From assembly GCA_902805735.1 (NCBI GenBank), contig CADCTW010000187.1:2859-66858 (forward strand): a stretch of DNA of 64,000 nucleotides, in the 5' to 3' direction. The stretch is from an uncultured Gemmatimonadota bacterium. Lineage in GTDB: Bacteria; Gemmatimonadota; Gemmatimonadetes; Longimicrobiales; Longimicrobiaceae. The first letter of the stretch is position 1. Every line of letters begins with the position of its first letter. This document shows positions 18,379-28,643 of the stretch, piece after piece. A program made the position numbers and the translations under genes. The notes beneath the pieces are model-generated. The model had not been told where the DNA came from. It did no database searches and saw nothing but the letters and a program-made list of their open reading frames with translations.

Positions 18379-18418
18379 GCCCGGTCCAGGGCGGCTCAAC
18401 CGAAACAAGGCCATCGCC

Positions 18419-18832
18419 ATGCACGACGGGCTCCGGGAACGCCTCATCCGCCAGATTGATGCGCTCCCCGACGAACAGGTCTACCAGGTGCTCGACTACC
18501 TCGAGTTCCTGGGCTCCAAGTACAACCGCGCTCCCCTGCGCGAGCCGAACAGCGTCCAGCGCTTCACCGAGCGGCTGGAAGACCGGATGCGGATGCAGGG
18601 GCTGGCGTACGGCACCATCAAGGGCGCGCTGGGGATCATGGGCACCGCCGGCAAGGTGGTGTCCGGCCTCTCGGAGGCCAGCCGCACGGTGATCCGCGAG
18701 GTGGAGCAGGTGGTGCTCGGGCCCGAGGATACGGGCGCGCAGCGGCCTCCCGCACCCCGCGGCAACGGCGGCACGCCGCCCTCGCTTCCGCCGCGCGCCG
18801 GCCGCGACGGCGACGGAACGCAGTCCGGGTGA
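18419..18832 (+). CDS. Hypothetical protein (DUF2281-like N-terminus)
   Basis: LIRQIDALPDEQVYQVLDYLEFL, host-like codon usage, AAGG RBS. Confidence 0.65.
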   Translation: MHDGLRERLIRQIDALPDEQVYQVLDYLEFLGSKYNRAPLREPNSVQRFTERLEDRMRMQGLAYGTIKGALGIMGTAGKVVSGLSEASRTVIREVEQVVLGPEDTGAQRPPAPRGNGGTPPSLPPRAGRDGDGTQSG

Positions 18833-18865
18833 ACGGCCCGGTGAACTCCATCAACCACGGGTGAC

Positions 18866-19402
18866 ATGGCCGACCAGAAGAACACTCCGCGCAGCCGCTT
18901 CGCCAGCGACGACGACGACACGGGATCCCAGGCGCCGCGCCGCCGGAGCGTGCTGGACGACGACGACGACCTGGTAGGCCCGCGCACCGTTTCCGCGCCG
19001 CGCCCGCGCCGCCGGACGACCGGGGGCGGAGGTTCGCCCTCCACCGCCGAGGCGATGATGGCGCTGCTGCGCGACCTGCCGCACTTCGGGCGGCTGGTGT
19101 ACCGGGTGGCCCGGGACCCGCGGGTCTCCACGGTGGACAAGGCGCTGGTGCTGGCCGCGCTGGCGTACACGGCCGTCCCCGCGGACGCCATCCCGGACGT
19201 GATCCCCTTCCTGGGCGAGCTGGACGACATCGTGGTGGTGGCGGTGGCCATCGGCCGCCTGGTCAACAACGTGGGCGTGGAGCTGCTGCTGGAGCACTGG
19301 GAGGGCGACGACGCCACGCTGCAGTCCGCGCTGGAGGTGGTGGAGCGGGGGAGCAGCCTTCTCCCGCAGCCGCTCAAGGGCATCCTGCTGGGCGGCCGGT
19401 AG
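18866..19402 (+). CDS. YkvA/DUF1232 family membrane protein
   Basis: DPRV...KALVLAALAY...PADAIPDVIPFLGELDD. Confidence 0.85.
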   Translation: MADQKNTPRSRFASDDDDTGSQAPRRRSVLDDDDDLVGPRTVSAPRPRRRTTGGGGSPSTAEAMMALLRDLPHFGRLVYRVARDPRVSTVDKALVLAALAYTAVPADAIPDVIPFLGELDDIVVVAVAIGRLVNNVGVELLLEHWEGDDATLQSALEVVERGSSLLPQPLKGILLGGR

Positions 19403-19439
19403 CGCGCGAGCAGGGGTGCGGGCCGGGGGCGGTTCGGCG

Positions 19440-21057
<1,618 letters not shown>

Positions 21058-21103
21058 GTAGTGCCTGGGTGCGTGGGTAGAGTGCTCGCTGGCGTCGGCG
21101 GGG

Positions 21104-21285
21104 GGCCCTCACCCCCCCGACCCCCACTCTCCCAATACTGGGAGAGGGGGGCGCATTCCAGCCATCCAGCCGCGGCCCCGGCATCACGGGGGCTGCGGTT
21201 CGGCAGGGGGCGCTTCGTCGCCGGGACCGGTGGAAATCGCCTCCTCCCCCAGCTGTTTGGGGGAGGAGGTCGGGAGGTGAGAGCC
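21104..21285. repeat. CCCTCACC REP-like element with type-A linker
   Basis: GGCCCTCACCCCCCCGA...CTCTCCCA-ATAC-TGGGAGAG ... CTCCTCCCCCA...TGGGGGAGGAG...GGTGAGAGCC. The linker is the reverse complement of about 17176-17268. Confidence 0.8.
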
Positions 21286-21366
21286 TCACCGTCCGTGCCC
21301 CCACGCGCTTTTGCAACGCACTCACGCACTTCCGTACGCAGTCCCACACTCGCACCGCGACCATCC

Positions 21367-21714
21367 ATGCCCCGCATCCAGCTCGTACGCATCGCACACG
21401 CCCGGTCGGGCGACAAAGGCGACACCGCAAACGTGGGTCTGATCGCGCTGCGGCCGGAGTTCTATCCGCACCTGGTGCGGGAGGTGACCACGGAGCGCGT
21501 CAAGGAGCACTTCACCGGGATCGTGCACGGTGGCGTGGAGAGGTTCGAGCTTCCCAACCTGGAGGCGCTCAACTTCCTGCTGCACAACGCGCTGGGCGGG
21601 GGCGGCACCGTGTCGCTCAAGACCGACGCGCAGGGGAAGGTGCTCTCCACCGCGCTGCTGCGCATGGAGATCGAGGTGCCGGCCGAGGTCGTCCAGGCCG
21701 CCGGCGCCGCGTGA
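21367..21714 (+). CDS. AtuA-related small ferredoxin-fold protein
   Basis: IAHARSGDKGD, VERFELPNLEALNF, ALGGGGTVSLKTDAQGK. Confidence 0.85.
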   Translation: MPRIQLVRIAHARSGDKGDTANVGLIALRPEFYPHLVREVTTERVKEHFTGIVHGGVERFELPNLEALNFLLHNALGGGGTVSLKTDAQGKVLSTALLRMEIEVPAEVVQAAGAA

Positions 21715-22475
21715 TGTACGGCACGGTGCTGGTGGGGCGCGAAGGGGCCGTCGCGCGCCTCACGCTCAACCGCCCCGACAAGCGCAACGCCCTCAGCGCC
21801 GAGCTCGTCGCGGACCTCAAGGCCGCGCTGCGCGAGGCGGATGCGGACGACGGCGTGCGCGTGGTCGCCATCAGCGGGGCGGGGAAGGACTTCTGCTCCG
21901 GCGCCGACCTGTCGGCGCTGAAAAAGATCGCGGGCGCCTCCGTCATGGAGAACCTGGCGGACGTGGACGAGCTGGCGGAGCTCTTCCTCCTGCCGCGCCG
22001 CATGCGGAAGCCCGTGGTGGCGTGCGTGCGCGGAAGGGCGCTGGCGGGCGGGTGCGGGCTCGCCACCGCGTGCGACCTGGTGCTCGCCGCGGAGGGAGCG
22101 CAGTTCGGGTATCCCGAGACGCGCATCGGCTTCGTGCCGGCCATGGTGATGGCCATCACCCGGCGCAACGTTTCCGAGAAGCGGGCCTTCGAGCTGCTGG
22201 TGCGCGGCCTGCCGTTCTCCGCCGCGGAGGCGGAGCGGATGGGGCTCATCAACCAGGTGTTCCCCGACGACGCGTTCGACGCCGGGACGGACGCCGTCCT
22301 CGCCGACCTGGCGGAGCGCAGCCCCTCGGCCGTGCAGCTCGCCAAGCGGCTGCTCTACAACTCGGACGCGCTGGGTTTCGAAGCCGCCGTGCGCGCCGGC
22401 GCCGACGTCAACGTGGTGGCGAGGATGACGGAAGACATGCAGGCGGGGGTGGCGCGCTTCCTGGAGCGGAGCTGA
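21711..22475 (+). CDS. Enoyl-CoA hydratase/isomerase (methylglutaconyl-CoA hydratase-like)
   Basis: LTLNRPDKRNAL, FCSGADL, ALAGGCGL, FGYPETRIG. Confidence 0.9.
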   Translation: MMYGTVLVGREGAVARLTLNRPDKRNALSAELVADLKAALREADADDGVRVVAISGAGKDFCSGADLSALKKIAGASVMENLADVDELAELFLLPRRMRKPVVACVRGRALAGGCGLATACDLVLAAEGAQFGYPETRIGFVPAMVMAITRRNVSEKRAFELLVRGLPFSAAEAERMGLINQVFPDDAFDAGTDAVLADLAERSPSAVQLAKRLLYNSDALGFEAAVRAGADVNVVARMTEDMQAGVARFLERS

Positions 22476-22477
22476 CC

Positions 22478-22684
22478 ATGCCGCGCATCTCCCCGGAAGC
22501 GGCGTTTCCCTGGAAGCTGCGGCTCTTCTTCGCGGGCGCCCTCTTCTTCCTCCTGGGCATCTTCCTGGACCGGCGCCCGCTGATCGTGGCCGCCATCGTG
22601 ACGCTGGCCATCGGCATCATCCTCCGCATCCTCTCGCGCAAGCCGCCGCCCGAGGTGCATTCGTCCTGGTACGAAGACGAATAG
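22478..22684 (+). CDS. Small two-TM membrane protein
   Basis: 68 aa, two hydrophobic segments, ATG 2 nt after the upstream stop. Confidence 0.65.
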   Translation: MPRISPEAAFPWKLRLFFAGALFFLLGIFLDRRPLIVAAIVTLAIGIILRILSRKPPPEVHSSWYEDE

Positions 22685-22747
22685 GGCTCACACAGAGACA
22701 CAGAGGCACAGAGGCACAGAGATAAGTTTTTCTCTGTGCCTCTGTGT
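22685..22747. repeat. CACAGAG repeat, hairpin form
   Basis: GGCTCACACAGAGACACAGAGGCACAGAGGCACAGAGA-TAAGTTTT-TCTCTGTGCCTCTGTGT. Confidence 0.88.
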
Positions 22748-22752
22748 ATCGG

Positions 22753-25170
22753 CTAGGCCGGGCCGACCTGCACGAACTTGCCGATCGAAGGGATGCGCTC
22801 GCCGGTGGTGGAGACGATCACTCCGAAGAGGAGGTAGGGGCCCGGAGGCGCGATGCGGCCGTCCGGGGGCGCGACCACTGAAAACGAGCCGAAGGCCGCG
22901 TCGGGCTGGAAGGCGAGGGAGATGTAGCGCTGGTCGGCGTTGTAGGCGTGCGTCACGCTGCCGCAGCGGATGAGCACCACTTCCTGGAGCGCTTGAAAGG
23001 AGGTGAGGGTGAAGGTGGCGCCGTACCCGATGCTGCGCGGGGCGCTGATGCTGGGGCGGCGCAGCCCCCGGCGCATGTAAGGCGGCCGGTAGAGCTCGAT
23101 CCGCCGCTCGCGCGCGGCCATCCCGCGCCCGCCGTTGTGATCCGATCCCGCGATCCATACCTGCCCGTCGGGGAGGAGGAGCGCCACCGAGTGGTACACC
23201 CGCGGGATGGCGAGACTGCCGGGCGCCGACCACACGCCGGACGCGGGGTCGAACCGCTCCACCGCCATCACCGCGCGCGCGTCGGTGCCGTCCGTGCTCC
23301 CGCCCAGCACCAGCACCGTTCCGTCCGGCATGAGGACGCTGTTGCAGTGCAGCCGCCGGGGATTGGCGCCGTGCGCCGGGGTGGCCGCCACCGTGCGCGG
23401 GCCCGTGTCGTTCCACGCCACACCGGTGGCCGTGCCCCCCGCTCCCAGGTCCAGTATGCGCGCGCTCGCGCCGCCCACCGCCAGGATGCGGGTGTTGTAG
23501 TCCGTTCCCCTCAGGGGGAGGATCACGGACGACCACCAGATGTCGGCATCGTAGGCCACGTTGGTGGCCGCCTCGCTCCAGGCGCCGCTCGTGGGATTCC
23601 AGCGCCGGGTGAGGCCGCCCATCGCGCTCGCCGAGAGGACGTCGCCGTTGGGCAGCACGTGCAGGCGCGGGTAGCTGTCCGGCACGTCGGTGCGCTCCCC
23701 CCGGTACGTCCACGCGCCGGCCGGGGCCGGGGTGGGCACGTATGTCTCGAGCGAGGTGTTGTTGTGGCGGGTGTCGTCGTTGGTGGGGTGCCCGGAAATC
23801 GCCAGCACCTTGCCGTCGGGAAGCGTCAGGAGCGTGGGGTACCACCTCCCTCCGCCCACCGTGCGGCCCGGCTGCGGGCCCATCGGCGCGGCGGCCGCCC
23901 ACGCCGGCGGCGCGGCGGAGAGGATGTTGGTCTCGCGCAGCCCGGGGAAGTGCGGGTGGTGGGCGCCGGGCACCTCCTCGTTGTACGCGTCCGTGCCGCC
24001 CGCGGCCACGAGGCGGCCGTCCGGCAGGAAGGCGTGGCCGCAGCAGAACAGGTCCTGCGCGGGGGAGCGGACGTAGCGGATCGCACGGGTCGCCGGGGTC
24101 CAGAAGCGGGTCGCGTCCACGCGGTCCGCGCGGTTGTTGTCGATGTCGTGCTGCGACCCGGAGAAGTACGCCACCTGGCCCGTGGGCATGAGGGCGGCGT
24201 GCACGGCCAGGATCTCGCTGTTCATCAGCAGGAAGTTGTACCCCACCCGGTAGTACCCGTGGTTCTCGCCTGCGGGGTTGTCCACGTGGAAGACGAGCAG
24301 GTCGGGCTCGCCGTCGCCGCGCAGGTCGGCCACCGCCACGCCGGCGCCCTGGTTCTCCCAGCCGAACCAGCCGGGCACGGGGGTGACCTCGCCCCAGCCG
24401 CCCGTGACGTTCCCCGCCGCGTCCAGGTTCCACCCGATCCGGTAGTGCCCCACGTTGTCGCCGGCGGGGTTGTCGATGTGGAAGACCACCAGGTGCCGGG
24501 CGCCGCCGATCCCCACGATGGCCACCGCGGCCCCCTGGTCCTCCGCTCCGAACCACCCCGGCACGGGCTTTACCGGGCTCCAACCTCCGGCCACGTTGCC
24601 GGCCAGGTCCAGGTTCCAGCCGATCCGGTAGTAACCGTGGTTTTCCCCGCCCGGGTTGTCGATGTGGAAGACGAGGAGGTCGGGCCGGCCGTTGCCGTTG
24701 ATGTCCGCGATGGCGATCTCGGCTCCCTGGTTCTCCGCGCCGAACCACCCGGGGACCGGCTTCACGGCGGTCCACCCCGCGGTGACGTTGCCGCTGGTGT
24801 CCAGGTCGCACCCCACGCGGTAGAAGCCGTGGTTCTCGCCGCCGGGGTTGTCGACGTGGAACACCACCAGGTCGGGACGCCCGTTGCCGTTGATGTCGAC
24901 GATCGCGATCCCCGCGCCCTGGTTCTCCGCTCCGAACCACCCCGGCACGGGCTTCACCGGGCTCCACCCGCCGGTGACGTTGCCGTTGCCGTCCAGGTTC
25001 CAGCCGATGCGGTAGTACCCGAAGTTCTCGCCGCCGGGGTTGTCGATGTGGAAGACGACGATGTCCGGCTGCCCGTTCCCGCTGATGTCGGCGACCGCGA
25101 TCCCCGCGCCCTGGTTTTCCGATCCAAACCAGCCCGGAACCGCTTTCACGTCGCTCCATGATGGGTGCAT
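22753..25170 (-). CDS. Copper radical oxidase (galactose/glyoxal oxidase AA5-like) fused to five approximately 64-aa FG-GAP-like repeats
   Basis: DLFCCGH, RWYPT, PRVYHSVALLLPDG, SVTHAYNADQR, APPGPYLLF. N-terminal repeats VPGWFGxENQGAGIAxxDINGNGRPD. Confidence 0.85.
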   Translation of the reverse strand: MHPSWSDVKAVPGWFGSENQGAGIAVADISGNGQPDIVVFHIDNPGGENFGYYRIGWNLDGNGNVTGGWSPVKPVPGWFGAENQGAGIAIVDINGNGRPDLVVFHVDNPGGENHGFYRVGCDLDTSGNVTAGWTAVKPVPGWFGAENQGAEIAIADINGNGRPDLLVFHIDNPGGENHGYYRIGWNLDLAGNVAGGWSPVKPVPGWFGAEDQGAAVAIVGIGGARHLVVFHIDNPAGDNVGHYRIGWNLDAAGNVTGGWGEVTPVPGWFGWENQGAGVAVADLRGDGEPDLLVFHVDNPAGENHGYYRVGYNFLLMNSEILAVHAALMPTGQVAYFSGSQHDIDNNRADRVDATRFWTPATRAIRYVRSPAQDLFCCGHAFLPDGRLVAAGGTDAYNEEVPGAHHPHFPGLRETNILSAAPPAWAAAAPMGPQPGRTVGGGRWYPTLLTLPDGKVLAISGHPTNDDTRHNNTSLETYVPTPAPAGAWTYRGERTDVPDSYPRLHVLPNGDVLSASAMGGLTRRWNPTSGAWSEAATNVAYDADIWWSSVILPLRGTDYNTRILAVGGASARILDLGAGGTATGVAWNDTGPRTVAATPAHGANPRRLHCNSVLMPDGTVLVLGGSTDGTDARAVMAVERFDPASGVWSAPGSLAIPRVYHSVALLLPDGQVWIAGSDHNGGRGMAARERRIELYRPPYMRRGLRRPSISAPRSIGYGATFTLTSFQALQEVVLIRCGSVTHAYNADQRYISLAFQPDAAFGSFSVVAPPDGRIAPPGPYLLFGVIVSTTGERIPSIGKFVQVGPA

Positions 25171-25245
25171 GAGGTAACTCCGGTCCGCCGTGTGAGAGAG
25201 GAAGCGCCATCCTCAATTGGTGGCGAATAGCGAGCGCACGGAGGG

Positions 25246-25260
25246 GCATGGAGCGAGCCG
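25246..25260 (-). promoter_or_regulatory. Candidate sigma54 promoter for the oxidase gene
   Basis: Minus strand CGGCTCG-CTCC-ATGC. Confidence 0.3.
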
Positions 25261-25395
25261 GGACACTGCCATGTGGCGGGATGTCGCGCGTAACTGTGGT
25301 CGTGAAAAGTAGATAAGGTGGGGCGTGATGGAAGGCGCCGCGCGCGTCGGCCCGCACGAACTGTCCTCCGCCCGCCCCGCCTGGGACGCCGCTGC

Positions 25396-25459
25396 CTCAC
25401 ACAGAGACACAGAGGCACGGAGATGAAGTCATCTCTGTGCCTCTGTGTCTCTGTGTGAG
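25396..25459. repeat. CACAGAG repeat, hairpin form
   Basis: CTCACACAGAGACACAGAGGCACGGAGATGA-AG-TCATCTCTGTGCCTCTGTGTCTCTGTGTGAG. Confidence 0.9.
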
Positions 25460-25467
25460 CCCCGTTT

Positions 25468-28116
25468 TCAGCGGAGGATGCTGATCGGGTCCACGCGGGT
25501 GGCGCGGCGCACGGGGACCAAGAGGGCGATGGTTGCGCAGGTGAGGAGCGCCGCCGTCGCGATGCCGAGCGCGACCGGATCGAAGGGGGCGACGCCGTAG
25601 AGGAGGTTGCTCACCATGCGTCCGACGGCGACTACGCCCAGGGCGCCGGCCAGCAGCCCCGCGGCCATCCACACGCCGCCCTGCCGCAGCACCAGCGCGG
25701 CGATGGCGCCGGGGGTGGAGCCCAGGGCCATGCGCACCCCGAACTCCCGCTCGCGCGCGGTGGCCATGGCGGCGAACATCGCGTACACGCCGACGGAGGC
25801 AAGGAGGAGCGCGAGCGCGCCGAACCCCGTCATCAGGAGCATGGGGAGGCGGCGGCCGGCCAGGCGCTCGGCCACGATGGCTTCCAGCGGCGCGGGGTCG
25901 CGCAGCGGGACCTCGGGGTCGAGCGCCGCCAGCGCGCGCTGGAACGGGCGGACCAGGGCGAGCGGGTCCCCGTCCGTGCGCAGCAGGAAGTCGCGTCCCG
26001 TCCACCCGAAGTCCTGGCGGCCGGAGGCGTACGCCATCGGCTCGGGGGCGGGGAGGGCGGGGTCCACGCGCACGTCGTCCACGATCCCCACCACCACGCC
26101 CCACCGCTCGGAGGTGTGCGGGCTCACGCGGATGCGCGACCCCAGCGCGCCGCCCTCCGGCCAGTAGCGGCGCGCCATCGTCTGGCTCACCACGATGGCG
26201 GGCGGCGCGGAGGGCCCGTCCTCCGGCCCGAAGGTGCGGCCGCGCAGGGTGCGGATGCGCATGGCCCGGAAGTACGAGTCGGACACGGCCATGTACGGGA
26301 TGAAAACCGGCTCGTCGCGCCCCACCGCCTTCCCCTCGATGCTCAGCCCGTTGCTGCTCATGCCGGAGGACGGGATCTGCGTGACGCTGGCGGCCGCGGT
26401 CACGCCCGGCAAAGCCGCCAGCGACTCCTCCAGCCGCCGGAACGCGTCGGCCCGGACCACCGCGCTGTCGTAGGGGAGCGCCACGCGGGCGGTCAGCACG
26501 CCGGCCGGGTCGAAGCCCAGGGGCGCGGAGGTCATCGCCCACAGGCTGCGCACCAGCAGCCCCGCGCCGGCCAGCAGGCTCAGGGAGATGGCGATCTGCC
26601 CCGCCACGAGCACGCCGCGCAGGTGCCGCGAGCGCCGGCCCTCGCTGGAGCCGCGCCCCTCCTCGCGCAGCGTGCCCTGCGGGTCCCAGCGGCCGGCGGC
26701 CAGCGCGGGCGCCAGGCCAAAGGCGGTGCCGGTGAAGAGCGCCGCCAGGAGCGTGGCCGCCACGGCGCCGCCGTCCAGCGACAGCTCGGCGTAGGGCGGC
26801 AGCGCCGGGATCACCAGCTTGCGTAGCGCGGCCAGCCCCAGCGACGCCAGCCCCAGCCCCACGGCGCCGCCCGCCAGCGCCAGCAGCGTGCTCTCGGTGA
26901 GCAGCTGGCGCACCAGCCGGCCGCGCCGCGCCCCCATCGCCACGCGCACGGCGAACTCCTTCCGCCGCCCCATGGTGCGCGAAAGGAGGGCGCCGGCAAG
27001 GTTGGCGCAGGTGATGAGGAGCACCAGCCCCGCGCTGGCCATCAGCACCAGCAGCGGCGTGCGCGTGTCTCCCACCAGCGCGTCGCGCAGCGGGACGGCC
27101 ACGAAACTGCGCCCGCGGTCCGTGCCTGGGTGCTCGCGCGCCAGCTCGGCGGCCACGCGGTCCAGCTCGGGCTGCACACCTTCCAGCGTGGCGCCGGGCG
27201 CCAGGCGCCCCACGACGCCCATCCAGTGCTGGTCCCTGGACCCAACCGGGTCGGCCAGCACCGGCGCCAGGTCCATCGCGAACCACAGGTCGGCGGCGCC
27301 GTCCGGGCCCACGAAGCCCGGCGGGAGTACCCCCACGACCTCGTACGCCGTGTCGCCGAGCTTCATCGTGCGGCCGACGACCCCGCGGTCGCCCGCGAAC
27401 TCGCGGCGCCACGCCTCGTCGCTCAGCATCAGCGTGTTGCGTGGCGCGTCGGCCTCGGTCAGCGTGCGGCCGAGGGCGGCGCGCACGCCCAGCGTCTGGT
27501 AGAAGCCCCCCTCCGCTATTGCCGCGGAGAGCACCCTGGGGCCGCCGGGCGACTGGTAGGCCATGGTGGAGGTGCCGACGTTGAACCCGGCCACGCCGCG
27601 CAACGTGCGCAGCCGGGCCGCCAGGTCCCTGGCCGCGCCGGGGCTCACGGACGAGCGATCCATCCCCGACTTCTCGAAGTGCGAGTACACGCGTACCAGC
27701 CGGTCCGCGTCGCGGTACGGCAGCGCGTCCAGCAGCACGGACTTCGCCACGCCGAACACGGCCGCGTTGGCGCCGATCCCCAGGGCCAGCGTGGCGATGG
27801 CGAGCGTGGTGAAGAGGGGCGCGCGGCGGGCCGAGCGCACGGCGAAGCGCACGTCCTGCCCCAGGTCCGCCAGCCAGTCGCGGCGGTCTTCGGCGCGGCG
27901 GCCGGCCTCCAGCAGCGCCGCGCATTCGCCGCGCACGCCGTCCACGTCGCCGAAGCGGGCCAGGGCGGCGGCGCGCGCGGCCTCGGGCGTCATGCCGCGC
28001 GCCACGTACTCGCGCACGCGCTCTTCCAGGTGAAACGCCAGCTCCTCGTCCACCTCCGCGCGCGGCTCGGGCTTGAACGGGTGCGGCACGCGGCGGCGTG
28101 AGAATGGGATGCGCAT
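25468..28116 (-). CDS. ADOP-type duplicated MacB/FtsX-like ABC permease
   Basis: EVDEELAFHLE...ARFG prefix, TLALGIGANAAVF, LLITCANLAG, QLLTES, EFGVRMALG, RRATRVDP. Confidence 0.9.
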   Translation of the reverse strand: MRIPFSRRRVPHPFKPEPRAEVDEELAFHLEERVREYVARGMTPEAARAAALARFGDVDGVRGECAALLEAGRRAEDRRDWLADLGQDVRFAVRSARRAPLFTTLAIATLALGIGANAAVFGVAKSVLLDALPYRDADRLVRVYSHFEKSGMDRSSVSPGAARDLAARLRTLRGVAGFNVGTSTMAYQSPGGPRVLSAAIAEGGFYQTLGVRAALGRTLTEADAPRNTLMLSDEAWRREFAGDRGVVGRTMKLGDTAYEVVGVLPPGFVGPDGAADLWFAMDLAPVLADPVGSRDQHWMGVVGRLAPGATLEGVQPELDRVAAELAREHPGTDRGRSFVAVPLRDALVGDTRTPLLVLMASAGLVLLITCANLAGALLSRTMGRRKEFAVRVAMGARRGRLVRQLLTESTLLALAGGAVGLGLASLGLAALRKLVIPALPPYAELSLDGGAVAATLLAALFTGTAFGLAPALAAGRWDPQGTLREEGRGSSEGRRSRHLRGVLVAGQIAISLSLLAGAGLLVRSLWAMTSAPLGFDPAGVLTARVALPYDSAVVRADAFRRLEESLAALPGVTAAASVTQIPSSGMSSNGLSIEGKAVGRDEPVFIPYMAVSDSYFRAMRIRTLRGRTFGPEDGPSAPPAIVVSQTMARRYWPEGGALGSRIRVSPHTSERWGVVVGIVDDVRVDPALPAPEPMAYASGRQDFGWTGRDFLLRTDGDPLALVRPFQRALAALDPEVPLRDPAPLEAIVAERLAGRRLPMLLMTGFGALALLLASVGVYAMFAAMATAREREFGVRMALGSTPGAIAALVLRQGGVWMAAGLLAGALGVVAVGRMVSNLLYGVAPFDPVALGIATAALLTCATIALLVPVRRATRVDPISILR

Positions 28117-28119
28117 GGT

Positions 28120-28473
28120 CTACCTCGCCCAGCTGGGTGCCCGCGTGGCGCCGATGGCCGCGTTCACGGCATCGGCCAGCCGCTGCCACCCGGAGGTCTG
28201 CTCCCGGAACTGCCGCTCTCCCTCGGGTGTGAGGTGGTAGAACTTGGCGCGCCGGTTGTTCTCGGAAACGCCCCATTCCCCCCGGATCCACCCCTTCTTC
28301 GCCATTCGGTAGAGCGCCGGGTAGAGCGAGCCTTCCTCCACGCGGAGCACGTCCCCCGTCGCGCTCTCGATCCAGCTCGCGATCCCGTAGCCGTGCATCG
28401 GCCCCCACGACAGCGTCTTGAGGACGAGCAGCTCCACCGTTCCCTGCAGCAGCCCCGAGTCCTTGGCGAACAT
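28120..28473 (-). CDS. PadR-family transcriptional regulator (ADOP-associated type)
   Basis: LLQGTVELLVLKTL, MHGYGIA, EEGSLYPALYR, WGVSENNRRAKFY. Confidence 0.92.
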   Translation of the reverse strand: MFAKDSGLLQGTVELLVLKTLSWGPMHGYGIASWIESATGDVLRVEEGSLYPALYRMAKKGWIRGEWGVSENNRRAKFYHLTPEGERQFREQTSGWQRLADAVNAAIGATRAPSWAR

Positions 28474-28586
28474 CCGTGTCTCCCCGTGATGGTTTCCTAT
28501 GCGCATCTAAGGAAGAGGGTAAGCTCGACCCCTCGTATCCGCAAGAGGGAAGTGGGCGGGTGAACCGAGAGGGTGCGCATACTGAC

Positions 28587-28619
28587 AACGCGGCGGGTCC
28601 TGGCCGGACCCGCCGCGTT
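28587..28619. terminator. Perfect 14-bp hairpin downstream of the BTAD gene
   Basis: AACGCGGCGGGTCC-TGGCC-GGACCCGCCGCGTT; weak U tract. Confidence 0.6.
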
Positions 28620-28643
28620 CCGCATCTCACCTGGCCCGGGACG

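Noticed and set aside
24240-25160. Roughly 192-bp tandem DNA repeats read as a non-coding array or DGR template/variable repeats
   Set aside because: They are in-frame protein repeats of the oxidase. There is no reverse transcriptase nearby and no evident adenine-specific variation.
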